The notes beneath the pieces are model-generated. The model made no database searches. It was not told the origin of the DNA and saw only the letters and a list, made by a program, of their open reading frames with translations. DNA of 64,000 bases from positions 37,076,001-37,140,000 of the forward strand of contig NC_043003.1 in the NCBI RefSeq assembly GCF_006345805.1. Reading direction: 5' to 3'. The position numbers and the translations under genes are program-made. Of this stretch, positions 24,481 through 38,457 are shown piece after piece. Source of the DNA: Octopus sinensis. Taxonomy: Eukaryota. The number at the start of each line of letters is the position of its first letter. Position 1 is the first letter of the stretch.

Positions 24481-26626
24481 TATCTTCGATTGCTGTAGCT
24501 ATTATCAGAATCCAACGTATTTCATGAGAAGGCTTGAATTTTTATAATCGTTTTACTGAGCTTAAATGATAAATACATGGTTATCTCAATTTTATCTTTT
24601 CTGCCTAAAACTCTCATCCATAATGTTTGAAATCTACTTCAGCATTTTAATAACATTTTTTAAGAATTTTAATGACGTCATACACCCATGCTATCCTATT
24701 AATAATAAAAAATTGTGATAGAGTGTTCTATACGAGAAAATGACTTTAAAATTGTTAAATCCATTTATTAAAAAAATATCTAAATTTACGTTAATGAAGA
24801 AATGGAAAAGCTTATTTATTACTTAAATATCTTGGGAAAAAGATTATGAACCGTACTTCATAATTCTTATTCTAATGGCGTAATTCATACGCAGTTCGTA
24901 TCTTAATTGCAATATTCTCTAAGCCTATCTCAAATAAAAAGAAATCGAAACATATTGAAATCTATATATTTGCATGTAGGTACTTGCATACGTATATTAC
25001 ATACAAATGCATATATATATACGCAAAAAACTCGACGAAACAATAAACTACACGATAGCAGAAGAAGGAAAGACAAGATACATCATCAAAAATATTATTA
25101 TATATAAAATAGTTAGCCATGTATCATACTTAAAGTATGTACATAGTTGAAAAGCAATGTAAGTCTGTTACAAAGGAGATCCCGAGATACCATCTGTTGG
25201 AGATGTACTGTGTTTAAATTATTATATATCGGAGATGAAAGTCATCTCATCTGCGACTAATGAGATCACCGGATGTATTTCGGTCTAGTTAAGCCTTATC
25301 AGTGGCGTGTACTCATAACCAACCTCATACCTAGACGATATTTATGAATTCACCATTCCTTTACTCGTAACACTCGAAATACGTAATGTATTCTTCTATT
25401 TAAAAACAAAAATATGATATTTTTTATAACATCAGAAACATTTGTACAAAACAGACGAAAGATGCTTATTGTTGACGAAGTTTTAGTGCTTATAGATAAC
25501 TGAACGTGATTACTTACACTGTATAACTATCTTTCCTTATCGAGTTTGCTGCATCCGTCAAGAACGTAATAAACGCAATTCATTTCCAGATGAATGGACT
25601 AGAGTAAAATAAAGAAAAATGCCTTACACGAGAACACAATATGCTGTTTGGTCCAAGAAGCGAAACCACGTCATTGTGACGACTAGGCCATGCAACTTCA
25701 CCACATTCTTGCAGTATAGATCAAATTTATTTTGAAGTATACGATTTTAGAGAGTTGGTTGATGAAAACCCCTTAATGAATGATAATGAAGTGTCTGCAT
25801 GAATTCACCAATAGCGATTCTTAGTTAAAATTAGCAAACGGCTGTAATGTTCTGCTAGGTTTCTCCGAAATAAAAAAAGCCACAGAAATTAATGCAAGGG
25901 ACATGGGTGCCATTATGGACCGAGCAATTTTACAATTGTTAAGATTATCATCCTTTAAACATCATATGCTTCGGCAGTGAAGTAGTGAGACGTCTACCTG
26001 AAGGTTTGAATGTACAGGTGTTGATACAATTTTTGCATAAAAACCAAAGACTAGTAGACTAATATATACGTGCATGTGTTTATATATGTGTATCTGTCTA
26101 TATGTACATAAACACGTATGTTACGTAAATACATGCAGAGAAGCGATTATACATTTTTACATGTCATAGAAATAGTGGTATTTAAAAGTTATATATTCAT
26201 TTCTAATTTTGGCATGTGATAAAAAAATTTTAAGGAAGGGTACAATCTATGAATTGTCTAATATATTACCTTATCGACCGCGCAAAGATGAAAGACAATA
26301 TCAATCACAGCAGGATTTCAACACTAAAAACAATGACACATAATGAAATATTATGATAGCGTTCCTTTACTTATCGGCCTTAAGGATATGTTTTATAACA
26401 AACCAGCAACGGATCCTCAACGCGGTCATTCTAACTGCTAGATAATGCAACCACACACCCCTCCAGCTACTTCTTCCTGTCTTAAAAAAGAGAGGACACA
26501 TACTTTTATACAAAAAGGCGAAACTGTCAAGTCTGAAGAAAAATACGTCTTCATTCTCGTTTTTTACTGTCTCCTCTGATTTATATTTATCACAGTTACT
26601 CAGCATCCGTGTTCTTGGACCCCGCC

Positions 26627-26659
<33 letters not shown>

Positions 26660-27014
26660 ACTATCTCTCTCTCTCTATTTATCTATCTATCTTTATCTCT
26701 TACAATGTTTCGTCCTATATGTCTCCATATGTCTCTGTAGTTCATTAGTTCTCTTTTTGTATTTCTACGTTGTCAAACATTTGCATTCGTATATGCTTGT
26801 TTTTTTTTTATAAACTTTTGTATTGTTGAGTCTATTACCACTCAGCCTTCTCTTTCACTTTAGACACACTTAACTATACATTCTATAAGTACCCATATAT
26901 TCATTATCCTTCTATTCTACCTATCTATCTACATGGATATATATGTGTGTATACTTGTATGTACATAATTCTATTTATTTATTTATGTATCTACCTAGAA
27001 AACATAGGCGTATT

Positions 27015-27261
<247 letters not shown>

Positions 27262-28435
27262 TTATACCAGGTTATCTTGCTATGATTGTATCTCACCATC
27301 TTTAAATCTATCTATTCATCTTTATTTCTTTCTATCCATCTGTCTATCTTCAATCAACCTTATATTGATGTAAAAAAAAATATCAGCGCCCGTACAGTTT
27401 CAGGACGATATACATCTCGCAAGATGGCCTCCACCACTACCGACAAATGCCTGCTGTCCGTAATTATTGTTCAAGTATGTGCTAAGTGGCTAACCAGCTG
27501 TTTTTCTTCTATGACCAACTACATATTACTTCCGCAGCACGCCGTCTCTTTATCTAACGTCTTTGTTTGTACATCTTCATTCTTGTCGCTTTATTCAGTT
27601 TAGATTACATTGGTAACGGCTAGCATAGGAGCAGCGAGTGTCTTTTCTTTCGCTTGTTCTGTTGCCCGGATCACTGTTCTTTCGAAATTTCTCCTTTTCT
27701 TGTGTCGTCCGACCGGTTATTCGCTTTTATTTTCAATGAGAAATGCCAAGACCTATTTCCCATTTTTCAGCCTCGGAATATCTTGTGCATTTTCAAGATG
27801 TATAACCACTCAGAAAAACAATTGTCATTTTTGAACGCTTTTCAAGAGGACTACTTCTCCACGTATATACACATTAATAATAACAGACTGACGAAAGAAC
27901 ATCTAGAAAATAAACACAAATTTTAACATACAAACACACAACCATATACACAGAGAAACATTTCTCATATAATACAGGCGTATAGACACATACTCATGCA
28001 AACAGACATTTTCCAAACGAGACAAGAAAGTTTTATTAGGATTCCCATGTTTGTCTACGTATTTTATCATTTCTTTTTTCTTTTTTTTTTTTCTTTTTCA
28101 TACGGAATTTGTTTATGTGATATTGTTTATTTCTCCATTTAACTAGTTTTCTGTTTTGTCCCGGGATTCATTTTTATATTTCGAGTGCTGGCATCAACAG
28201 TATTGAGTGTGTTTAAAAGGTATCCCCCGTTTAAAATCTTACTATAATTACATGCGTTTACATAAGAGAAGCCAAACAATATATGCAACGTACAACCAAG
28301 TTTTAAAGGGAGACAAGCAGCAATAGAACTACAGTCGTATAGTCAAATAACCACTTAAAAGCATGTCACAGATCATATCTATTCAACTGTTTCCTTTCAC
28401 TTTCTCTTTACCATTTCTTTTAAATTAACATTATC

Positions 28436-28512
<77 letters not shown>

Positions 28513-28928
28513 ACTCATGCAAACACATACATACATATTTAATACATACACTTTTTTTTCTTTGCTAATGTTGTTGTATAACCCCATGTCAGTACCAAAC
28601 AAAACCAATTAACTGTTTATAAATGACGTGTCAACAATGGCCATCTCATTTGTTCCCAAGCGTAGCGTATCGCTAGAAGCAAATTATCCAATGTATTAGT
28701 AATTTCTTTTTTGGTTTTTTGGAGCGGGGTTCCAGTGGTAGAGTATGACTTGAGGCAGGTATGGCTGCTACATTTAGCAGATTGTCAGACTATAGGAAAA
28801 TTCCCTCACTGAATGTCTTTCTCTAGCTTCGACGTTGTTCTTGTCGGCGACAACGGAGGCGTCGTTGCTGTGTCTTCACCGTTGTTATTGTTGGTATTTG
28901 CGATGGTGGGGGAACAAACACAGACACG

Positions 28929-28969
<41 letters not shown>

Positions 28970-29244
28970 ACATATTATGACGGGCTTCTTTCAGTTTCCG
29001 TCTACCAAATCTACTTACAAGGCTTTAGTCGGCCCGAGGCTATAGTAGAAGATACTTACCCAAGTTGCCACTCATATGTAAATTAGTGAATGTATATAAA
29101 CACATACATATATACACGCATACGTACCATACGTACGTACCTATATTCACATATACAGATCACTAAATCAAAAGCAACGGCCCTTGTTTTCAGAACACCA
29201 TTTAGTGATATCCTGAAAATATTGTTATCATTATTATTATTATC

Positions 29245-29476
29245 TGTTTCTTTATTACCCACAAGGGGCTGAACATAGAGGGGACAAACAAGGACAGACT
29301 AACCGATTGAGTCGATTACATCGACCCCAGTGCGTAACTGGTACTTAATTTATCGACCCCGAAAGGATGAAAGGCAAAGTCGACCTCGGCGGGATTTGAA
29401 CTCAGAACGTAACGGCAGACGAAATACGGCTACGCATTTCGCCCGGTGTGCTAACGTTTCTGCCAGCTCGCCGCCT
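29245..29476 (-). mobile_element. SINE family A monomer
   Basis: Full head-to-tail match with the other family A copies. Confidence 0.9.
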
Positions 29477-29589
29477 GTTATCATTATTATTATTATCATC
29501 ATTATTATTTGATGGAAACTCCCAGCTTATTTTAATGGGTATGATGGAAAATGTCAGCTGCTCACATCCGGAAAACTAAGATAACACTT

Positions 29590-29940
29590 GATTACTAATC
29601 ATGCGTCAAGAAACGTGCAGAAAACTCTTGCAGTTCTAAGCAATGATGATTTTTATAGGTGTTCTATCTTTACATTTGTACCAATCTTTTTAAACCATAT
29701 TGGTAGTTGTGTGCTGATACTTCCAAGCGCACCAATTACTATTGGTATTACGTCAACCAGCGTATTTCCCATTTAAATCGTCATAGTTTTTCACCTCTTT
29801 TTCATTGATCCTGTTGTCACCGGGACATGCTATATCGATTATCATGTATTTTCTTTTTCTTTTTTGTTCACAACAACATCAGGTTCCCGATGTCTGATCT
29901 GATGGTCATACTTGATCATTACATCCCACAGGATTTTGCA
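29590..29940 (-). mobile_element. R4/Dong-like LINE, RLE domain remnant
   Basis: LWDVMI..HQIRHREPDVVV..MIIDIACPGDNRI (PD..D RLE motif), frameshifted. Confidence 0.75.
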
Positions 29941-30019
29941 ATTTTCATTGTATCCTACAGGATGTTGTTGTGCTTTCTATTATATTGCTATTTTGGTTTG
30001 TCTCAGGTTTGGTCTTATT

Positions 30020-30265
30020 CCTGGTAGAGATTATGTTGATAGCGGGTTACTACCTGTAACCTTAGGTATTCACAAGTTTTCTGCAGTCTTTCAAGTGCTT
30101 CGGACACACCTGATAACCCTTGCTGTCCGTAAGAGACAAATTTTCTGTGGGAACTCTACCAGTCATTCTATTTCAATCTCCCTCAGCCATTTGTCCATAT
30201 CTTGGCTTACAGTTCCCAGCACACCAATTATTATAGGCACAGCATTTACTGTTCGCATGCTCCAA
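30020..30265 (-). mobile_element. R4/Dong-like LINE 3' end
   Basis: WSMRTVNAVPIIIGVLGTVS..QKICLLRTARVIR* followed by UTR; bounded by ATT repeats. Confidence 0.7.
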
Positions 30266-30477
30266 ATTCTTATTATTATTATTGTTGTTATTGTTGTTGT
30301 TGTTATACTTTTTAAAATCCGTCGAGGTCATCTTTGCCTTTCATCCTTTCGATGTCGATTAATTAGATACCAATGAAACACTAGGGTCAATGTAATCGAC
30401 TAGTTCCCCTCCCCCAAATTCCAGACGTTGTGACTTAGTAGAAAGGATTATTGTTATTGTTATTATTATTATTTATT

Positions 30478-30509
<32 letters not shown>

Positions 30510-30520
30510 TATTATTATTA

Positions 30521-30566
<46 letters not shown>

Positions 30567-30569
30567 CAT

Positions 30570-31850
30570 TATTGCTATTATTCCCCACGGAATGCATAAG
30601 AAGTGTTTTCAAACGCTTCAGGTTGGTCCTGCTAAAAACATTAATTTACACCGGTTTGTTGCTTATTTGCATTATATATTGCATTCCAAGTTGTCAACAG
30701 AAACACCAAGAACCTGTTACTGGTTTTCTACGGTTGTTTATCTCCTCTAGAGGCTATACTCGGCCCACCAAATAAGTTCGGTGGGCGTTTAATTAAATTT
30801 AATTTAGCCAAACGTAACTCAACCAGGTGGCAGAGCGTGTATTGAAAGAGTAGAGAAAAAAGAAAGCAACCCTTCCCATGAATCTGGTGACTGCTGAAGA
30901 TTTCCCTCTCCTTCCTTCCGTAACAGTCAAAAATACAGGAGAAGGAGAAGAGAAAAGCGAGTGTGACAGTACAAAGTCTAACTCGTAGTAATAGAAGTAG
31001 TAGCAGTAACAGCAACAGTGATTGCAGTGACAACAACAGAAGCAGCAAGAGTGACAGCATCAGAAGCAGTAGTAGGAGGAAGCACTCCGTCGGTTACGAC
31101 GATGAAGGTTCCGGTTGATCCGAATCAACGGAACAGCCTGCTCGTGAAATTAACGTGTAAGTGGCTGAGCACTCTACAGACACGTGTACCCTTAACGCAG
31201 TTCTCGGGGATATTCAGCGTGACACAGAGAGTGACAAGGCCGGCCCTTTGAAATACAGGTACAACAGAAACAGGAAGTAAGAGTGAGAGAAAGTTGTGGC
31301 GAAAGAGTACAGCAGGGAACACCACCATCCCCTGCCGGAGCCTCGTGGAGCTTTAGGTGTTTTCGCTCAATAAACACTCACAACGCCCGGTCTGGGAATC
31401 GAAACCGCGATCCTCTGACCGCGAGTCCGCTGCCCTAACCACTGGGCCATTGCGCCTCCACAGAAGCAGTAGTAGTAGTCGTGGCAGCAATAACGAAAGA
31501 GATAGTAACTGCAGTGGTAGTAGCGATAGCAAAAGTGACAACAGCAACTACAACAAAACCTATAGCAACAACATCGACAAGAACAACAACGTCAACAATG
31601 GCAGCAGCAACAAGAACAGCAATTACAACAACAAGAATGAGAACATTACCAACAATATAAGCATGTTTGCAGCAGTAGCAGCAGCAAAAAAGTTACTCAT
31701 AAATAGGGATGAAATGCTAACGCAGGCATGGAAACTAATTAAACAAGAAAAGACATGGACCAATCTAACTGTTCCATCAGAGGCAATTAAAGCATTGGAG
31801 AAATATTCGAATCGAACACATTTCGTGTACCAGATTTACTCTCGGTGCGA
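30570..31850 (+). mobile_element. ORF1-type (Tx1-like) element, left arm of an inverted pair, internally deleted
   Basis: Homologous to the reverse complement of 33235-34095, including MLTQAWKLIKQEKTWTN. It then jumps to sequence matching 32019-32069. Confidence 0.8.
31076..31460 (-). mobile_element. SINE family C, full length, inserted in the left arm
   Basis: Perfect 15-bp TSD CAGAAGCAGTAGTAG at 31061-31075 and 31461-31475. Near-identical to 11900-12285. Confidence 0.93.
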
Positions 31851-34095
31851 GTTCACTTATCTCACGGTGTCTTGTGAAGGTCGGGTGGTTCGAGTTCCAT
31901 AATTGGTAGGGTTTGTTTCTGAGAACCCCTTTAAGAGCCTCGATGTGGGTCTGATGTTCGGGGTTCCCACGTCCTCCGGAAAGCCCTCTCGAATGTTTGT
32001 GTTGGAATCGAGCGACATTCGCACCAAGAGTAAATGTTCTGGTACGCGAAATGTGTTCGATTCGAATATCACTTCCCCTGTTTCAAATTCAATGTCTTGT
32101 GTCCCTTCTGATAAGTACGAAGCTGGGTGTTTTGTGTTGGTGTTGTTCAATTTGTTTGATTGACTATAGTGGTGATGATCTTGTTGTTTCTGTTGTGTCT
32201 GTGTGTGTTGTGAGTGTGGAGTCTTCAGTTTTAGATATTTGTGCGAGTGTTCGTTCTTGTGTCTGTTTTGATTGTTTGCGTTCGTGGGATTCTGGTGATA
32301 ATGATGATGTTGGTTGTGTTGGTGTTGGTGATTTGGGGGAGATGTTTGCGTAGGTGGTGTGTGCATTGTTTATTGTGTGTGTTGTTATGTTTTCTGGATT
32401 TTTCTTTTGTGCTTTCTTTTTGTTTCTTTGTTTCTTTTTTACCTCTTGTATTTCTTTCACCTTCACTGCAGGAAGATGAGGGGTCTCTTGTTGTACGTGT
32501 GTCTGTGTGTATATTTATAGCCTTGTTTATGTGTTTATTTTTGTTTGGTGTGACGGGAGTGGGAGAGCTTTGCTTGTTTTCACCTAGGGTGATTAATGTC
32601 TTTGGTGTTGTTGTTGGTGATTTTGCCTGTGCTGGTGTTGTTTGTGGTCCTCGTCTCGGCGTAGGCAGCGATGGAGGCCTTTGACCCCTTGCACCTTGCA
32701 CCAGTTAGGGGGCAGTGAGTTTGCAAATGAGTAGTTTCTCCACACACGAAACAGTGCGGCCTTTTACCCTCAGTTATAATGTATATCACCGTTCCATTCG
32801 AGGAGACGGATGTAGTCCGGAATTCTTTTTATGTTTTCGGGTCTGATCTGGAGAAGTATCTCCAGATCAACCCCTGGAACAGTTCTCCCTGGCAGTTCTT
32901 GTCACTTCTATCGGGACAGTATTCGTCCCCTCTACGATTACGCATCACAGGAGTCAGCAAATATCAAGTCCTGGTGGGACCTTAGGAATGCGGACACGCG
33001 CTATAGGTTTTCCTATGTGGGAGGGGTACATAATGATTTCCTGCTTTTGCAAGGAGTCATTGAATGTTTCATAGCGAGGGCTTCTGACTTAAACAGCGCC
33101 GAAATGGTGCCGTATTGTTTGACCCCTATTATGTACTCAATGTCATTTCTGATGTACCCCAGCGTCGCCTCAATATCTACTTGGGCTAATAAAACCGCTC
33201 TTTTTGTCTCTGCTGAGATGCATCTGAAAAGCACCGTTCTTCTCTCCACTGCTTGAATTGCCTCTGACGGAATAGTTGGATTGGTCCATGTCTTTTCTTG
33301 TTTAATTAGTTTCCATGCCTGCGTTAGCATGTTTCCTAGTTGTGAGGTCCACAGTAATGCGTTGTTTGGCCTTTGCTGCTACTGCTGCGGCTGCGAATAT
33401 GCTTTTGTTGTCGGTACTGTTCTCGTTGTTGTTATTGTAGTTGATGTTCTTGTTGTTGCTGTTGCTGCTGCCGTTGTTGTTGCTGTCTTCGGTCTTGTTG
33501 ATGTTGTTAGAATTGGTTTCGTTGCTGCTGTTTTCATTTTTGCTATCGTTGTTGCAATTGTTGCTATCGCTACTGCCGCTGCAGTTGGTATCTCTTTCGT
33601 TGTTGTTGATAACTACCACTACCACTACTGCTTCTGTTGCTGTTACTGTTGCTGCTTCTGTTGTTGTCACTGCTACCGCTGTTGCTGTTACTGCTACTAC
33701 TACCATTACTACGAGTTGGACTTTGTACCGTAACAGTTTCGTTTTTCTCCTCCCCTACACCCATATTTTTGCCAGTTACGGAGGGAAGGGGAGGGAATAT
33801 TCAACAGCCACCCGATTTCTGAAAGGGGTTGGTTTGTTTTTCTTGCCTTTTTTCAAGACGCACTCCGCCATCTTGTTGAGTTGTGTTTGTTTAAATTAAA
33901 TTAAACGCCCACCGAATTTATTTGGTGTGCCGAATATGACCCCAAGAGGAGATAAACGAAAATTAGTCACAGGTTCCCGATGCTTCTATTGACAACTTGC
34001 AATAAGATAAATAATGCAAATAAACATCAAAGCGGTGTGAACAAATGTTTTAAGCAGCAACAACCTGGAGCATTTGAAAACGCGCATTGCGTATT
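31851..34095 (-). mobile_element. ORF1-type (Tx1-like) element, right arm, with decayed gag-like ORF1
   Basis: CAAGATGGCG start context at 33875-33866. Ser/Asn-rich N-terminus, then ERRTVLFR..KQYGTI. Knuckle EGKRPHCFVCGETTHLQTHCP at ~32770-32710. Thr/Gln/Asn-rich tail. No ORF2 seen. Confidence 0.8.
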
Positions 34096-34152
34096 CGGCG
34101 GTGAATAACAATAACAGTAATAACAACAACAACAACAATAATAATAATAATG

Positions 34153-34185
<33 letters not shown>

Positions 34186-34211
34186 TAATAATAATAATAA
34201 TAATAATAAAT

Positions 34212-34765
34212 GCCCTGATGCAGCACCAGGCAATGGCTCTCATGGCTTCTGATCTTAACTGATTGGAAGTGTTATCATGTACATTTTTTGTCTTGGTATA
34301 AAAGATGGGCTACAGCAAATATTCTGCTCAATACCACAGATTTGCTTGTCAGTTGTTTGACCTTAACCAGTTGAGCATGTCCCTTAGTGGCTGACGATAT
34401 GTGCATCTCTGATCACGAGCAGAAGTAGTGGGGGAGCATCATAGCCATGTGTTGAGAAGGATTCTTTGGGGTTTGAATAATTCACCTCTGGAAACATGGG
34501 TGTTTCGTTCAACGTCCTTAAACAACCCTTATTCAGGGACCTTTTGAGCGGGATGGGTTACTCGATCTGAAGAAAATTCTAACTGGGCTCCACCTGCAAG
34601 GTCATGTGCTGTTTATCTTGATATGAGATCACCATGTCGCGCACATATGGTTGTGATGCATGTGCCTGGTGTACCCTTATCAGACGGGTAGTCATGATGG
34701 GTATACTGGGCTTCGTATATTTTACCCCAGTGTCACTTTGATGGCATGCTCTGCTCGCTCACTCA
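34212..34765. mobile_element. ~550-bp non-coding interspersed element embedded in an (AAT)n array
   Basis: GC-richer complex sequence with (AAT)n on both sides. No ORF, tRNA head or TIR recognised. Confidence 0.55.
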
Positions 34766-34789
34766 ATAATAATAATAATAATAATAATA

Positions 34790-35190
34790 AATTTTGTGGA
34801 AATCCAAAAATGGAAGAAATTCCAAAAATATTGCTCATGGGAACTGTCTATATCCTACGTAAAATAGTGTCTATGTAATCACCAAGATATCCGTAAACTG
34901 CGTCAAAATATACTTTTAAATGTATATAACAGCAAACACCTTTTATTGTAACCTTAAGATCAGACTGTCATCTTTTTAATCAAATTACTTTGAAAACAAA
35001 CTTCCAATTTACTTATATTTTGACAGACATTCTCTAGAACAAAATTCTGTAGAAAACCAAATATATAGCACGCTAATCATGATACCAACTTGAAATTCTA
35101 ACCTGTTGTCTCTTGAGGTCTGTAGGTGAGACTTGGCGTCAACTTATACAAATATAAAACAACAGCTAAACATATAACAACAACAAAAAC
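34790..35190 (+). mobile_element. R4/Dong-like LINE, short 5'-truncated 3' end
   Basis: GNPKMEEIPKILLMGTVYILRKIVSM* plus a UTR homologous to 36660-36930; flanked by (AAT)n. Confidence 0.85.
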
Positions 35191-35266
<76 letters not shown>

Positions 35267-35721
35267 TGATGATGATGATGATTCAGCTCCGCGCTGAATA
35301 ACAACATGAATGTGCTACGCAGGGCTCTCCTTTCAAAAACAAATCTAATCTAATAACATCGGTGGAATGGGATAAAGGAACCTGTGGAAGACTTGAAGGA
35401 AGCGGTCTTTTAAAGAAAATAATCACAAAAACGAAATTTTAATGCCATACAAAGGACAGTTTCTCCTATGCACGATGTCTCAGTAAAACATGTGCGAAAC
35501 ACACACAGGAAATCAACATCAGAGAGTTTACAAATTATAAAATATAAATGGAACAAAACAGTAAGTACATAAATTGAGTAATTACAAACACACTCAAATG
35601 TCTACGCAATCATTTATATTTTTTAATGCCCATAGGACTGCACATACATAACAATGTTTACACAAGTACGTGAAATTTACAGGGCACACATACACGCATA
35701 TGAAAACACGTGCTACAAACG

Positions 35722-36925
35722 ACTTTATCTGACAAGAAAAGAGGGTGGACGTGGAATTTTACAACTGGAATTAACAATGAAGATTGCCACAATTGAAAAA
35801 CTCTGATGACTGGATGTTAAAACTCGTCCTAAAGCATGGAAACAAGGAAGCATCATACTCGGTAACAAAACAGGCATAGGAATACCTAAGTGAATTCCTA
35901 CTACAACAAATTCCAGAATTAGACGTATCAGAAACAAGCACAGAAAAGTAAGCGTATGAAAACCCGTGCTAAAACTGCTACCTTAGATATTCTAACAGAT
36001 AAATGGCAAGAAACACCTCTCAATGACAAATGCACAAAGAGAGGTATTAGTACCGATGTTGGCAAAGCCCTTATCCATCAATGGATAGTGTCTTTAGGCT
36101 TAAAATCAGGAGGGTTTATCATAACAGCGCAAGATCAATGTCTACCTACAAGAAATTACCAGGTAGCCCAACATGTCGTGTATGTCAACAACAAAATGAA
36201 ACCATCGATTATGTTGGCTTCATGTGCAGTCTTCTTGTGCCTACAGAGTATCTCAACAGGGATGATAGAGCAGCACAATATATTCACTGGGTAATTTGCA
36301 AAAACCTGGACCTGCCACATGATAAAAGCTGGTGGGAACACAAACCATCTCCAGTACTTGAAAATGATCACATCTCAATCCTCTGGAACTTCACCATTCA
36401 AACTGACAGAAAGATAGACGCTAACAGGCCAGACGTTATATTCAAAGACTTCAGACAAAAATCATGCTTCCCCTTTTTATATGTTCCTATCGATATAAAT
36501 GTATCTGTCAAGACCTACCAAAAGCTGAGCAAGTATAAAGTTCTTGAAATAAAAATTGGCAAAATGTGGAACATCAACACTAAAACGATACCTGTTATCA
36601 TAGGTGCCCTAGGAAGGATAGAAAATGGTACTGATTTCTATCTAGCTCAGATACTAGGAAACCCTAAAATGGCAGAAATTCAAAAGATAGTACTCATGGG
36701 AACTGCCCATATCCTACGTAATATACTGTCTATGTAATAATCTCAAATTTTAAAACGAACTAATAATTTTCTTGTTTTCTTAAACATTCTCTAGAACAGT
36801 ACTATGTGCAAATCCAAATATATAGCACCCTAGGCATAACACCAACACCAACTTCTATCTTGTCTCTTGAGATCTCTGGGTGAGACTTGGAGCCAACTTG
36901 TACAAATACAAAGCAAAAGTCAAAC

Positions 36926-36930
<5 letters not shown>
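35722..36930 (+). mobile_element. R4/Dong-like LINE, post-RT region + CCHC + RLE + 3' UTR, decayed
   Basis: LTRKEGGRG, GFIITAQDQCLPTRNY, CRVCQQQNETID, LWNFTIQTDRKIDANRPDV, IPVIIGALG; ends in (AAT)n. Confidence 0.92.
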
Positions 36931-36994
<64 letters not shown>

Positions 36995-37006
36995 CAATAA
37001 TAATAA

Positions 37007-37650
37007 CATGACAGAGTTGGCCAATATCTACACTGGCTAATAAGTCGGCATTACAATATCAAAACTGCCGACAAGTGGTATAATCACCACCCTGAAGCTG
37101 TAACTGAAGGAGAAAATATAACGATTCTGTGGGACTTTCCAGTACATACAGACCGAGCCATCAAAGCCAATAAACCAGATATTGTTGTTAAAGACCAAAA
37201 CAATAAAGTTTGCTTATTGATCGACATGATCATCCCCTGTGATCATAATATCTCGGCGAAAGAGTTTGACAAGCTCAGAAAATATAAAGACCTGCTCATA
37301 GAAATTGAGAAAATGTAGCATCTCAAGGCGGTTACAATACAAGTGATCGTAGGAGCACTAGGAATGATCAAGAAGGGAACCGAAAATTATATGAGAATGA
37401 TCCCTGGCTTACCATCCCTGCAAGAAGTGCAAAAGATTGTCTTAACTGGTACATCACACGTATTGAGAAGAGCATTGTCGATGTGAGAACTATTACTACC
37501 CATGTATTTTAATTTAACTTTAAAAAAAAAATGAATGAACTAGTGAGTTTAGTTTAATGGCCTACCAATGTATACTATGAGTTTCTTTGCCCTAGGAGTC
37601 GGGATGACACTCGGCAAGAAATGGAAGCAAATTTGAAAGAAGAAGAAAAA
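37007..37650 (+). mobile_element. R4/Dong-like LINE of a second family, RLE + 3' UTR
   Basis: 37007-37486 reads HDRVGQYLHW..LWDFPVHTDRAIKANKPDIVV..LLID..KYKDL..GALG..RRALSM* with one internal stop; (AAT)n on both sides. Confidence 0.92.
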
Positions 37651-37657
37651 AGATAAC

Positions 37658-37695
<38 letters not shown>

Positions 37696-37712
37696 TAATA
37701 ATTATAATAATG

Positions 37713-37764
<52 letters not shown>

Positions 37765-37765
<1 letters not shown>

Positions 37766-37976
37766 CCTTTCTATTTTAGGCACAAGGCCCGACATTTTGG
37801 GGTAGAGGGATAATCGATTACATCTACCCCAGTACTCTACTGGTACATATTTTATCGACCTAGAAAGGATGAACAGCAAAGACGACCTCGGCGGTATTTG
37901 AACTCATAACGTAAAGACAGACGAAATATCATTTTGCCGACGTACTAACGATTCGGCTAGATCACCACCTTATTAT

Positions 37977-38048
<72 letters not shown>

Positions 38049-38457
38049 GCAATAATAATCCTTTCTATTATCGGTACAAGACCTGGAATTCTGGGGGAGG
38101 GGAGTAATCGATTACATTGACCTCAGTGAAACACTGGTACTTAATTTATCGACCCAAAAGGATGAACGGCAAAATCCACCTCGGTGGAACTTAACTTCAG
38201 AACGTGAAGACAGACAAAATACCTATTTCTTTACTACCCACAAGGGGCTAAACACAAACAGGACAAACAAGGACAGACAAACAGATTAAGTCGATTATAT
38301 CGACCCCAGTGCGTAACTGGTACTTATTTAATCGACCCCGAAAGGATGAAAGGCAAAATCGACCTCAGCGGAATTTGAACTCAGAACGTAGCGGCAGACG
38401 AAATACCGCTTAGCATTTCGCCCGGTCTGCTAAAGATTCTGCCAGCTCGCCGCCTTC
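37765..38457 (-). mobile_element. Cluster of SINE family A copies (monomer plus dimer) among (AAT)n
   Basis: Repeated ATCGACCCCGAAAGGATGAAAGGCAAA bodies; head at ~38440-38457. Confidence 0.85.

Noticed and set aside
25255-25310. CTGATAA-GGCTTAACTAGACC-GAAA on the minus strand
   Set aside because: G8 is mutated, stems II and III are mismatched and there is no stem I; too degenerate to call.
27370-27930. Possible PLE 3' end with a decayed hammerhead
   Set aside because: Only faint peptide and motif resemblance; not supportable by eye.
31803-32069. Independent 267-bp MITE with 50-bp TIRs
   Set aside because: The interior continues the ORF1 tail frame of the minus element and the flanks are not a contiguous target; better explained as the axis of the foldback.
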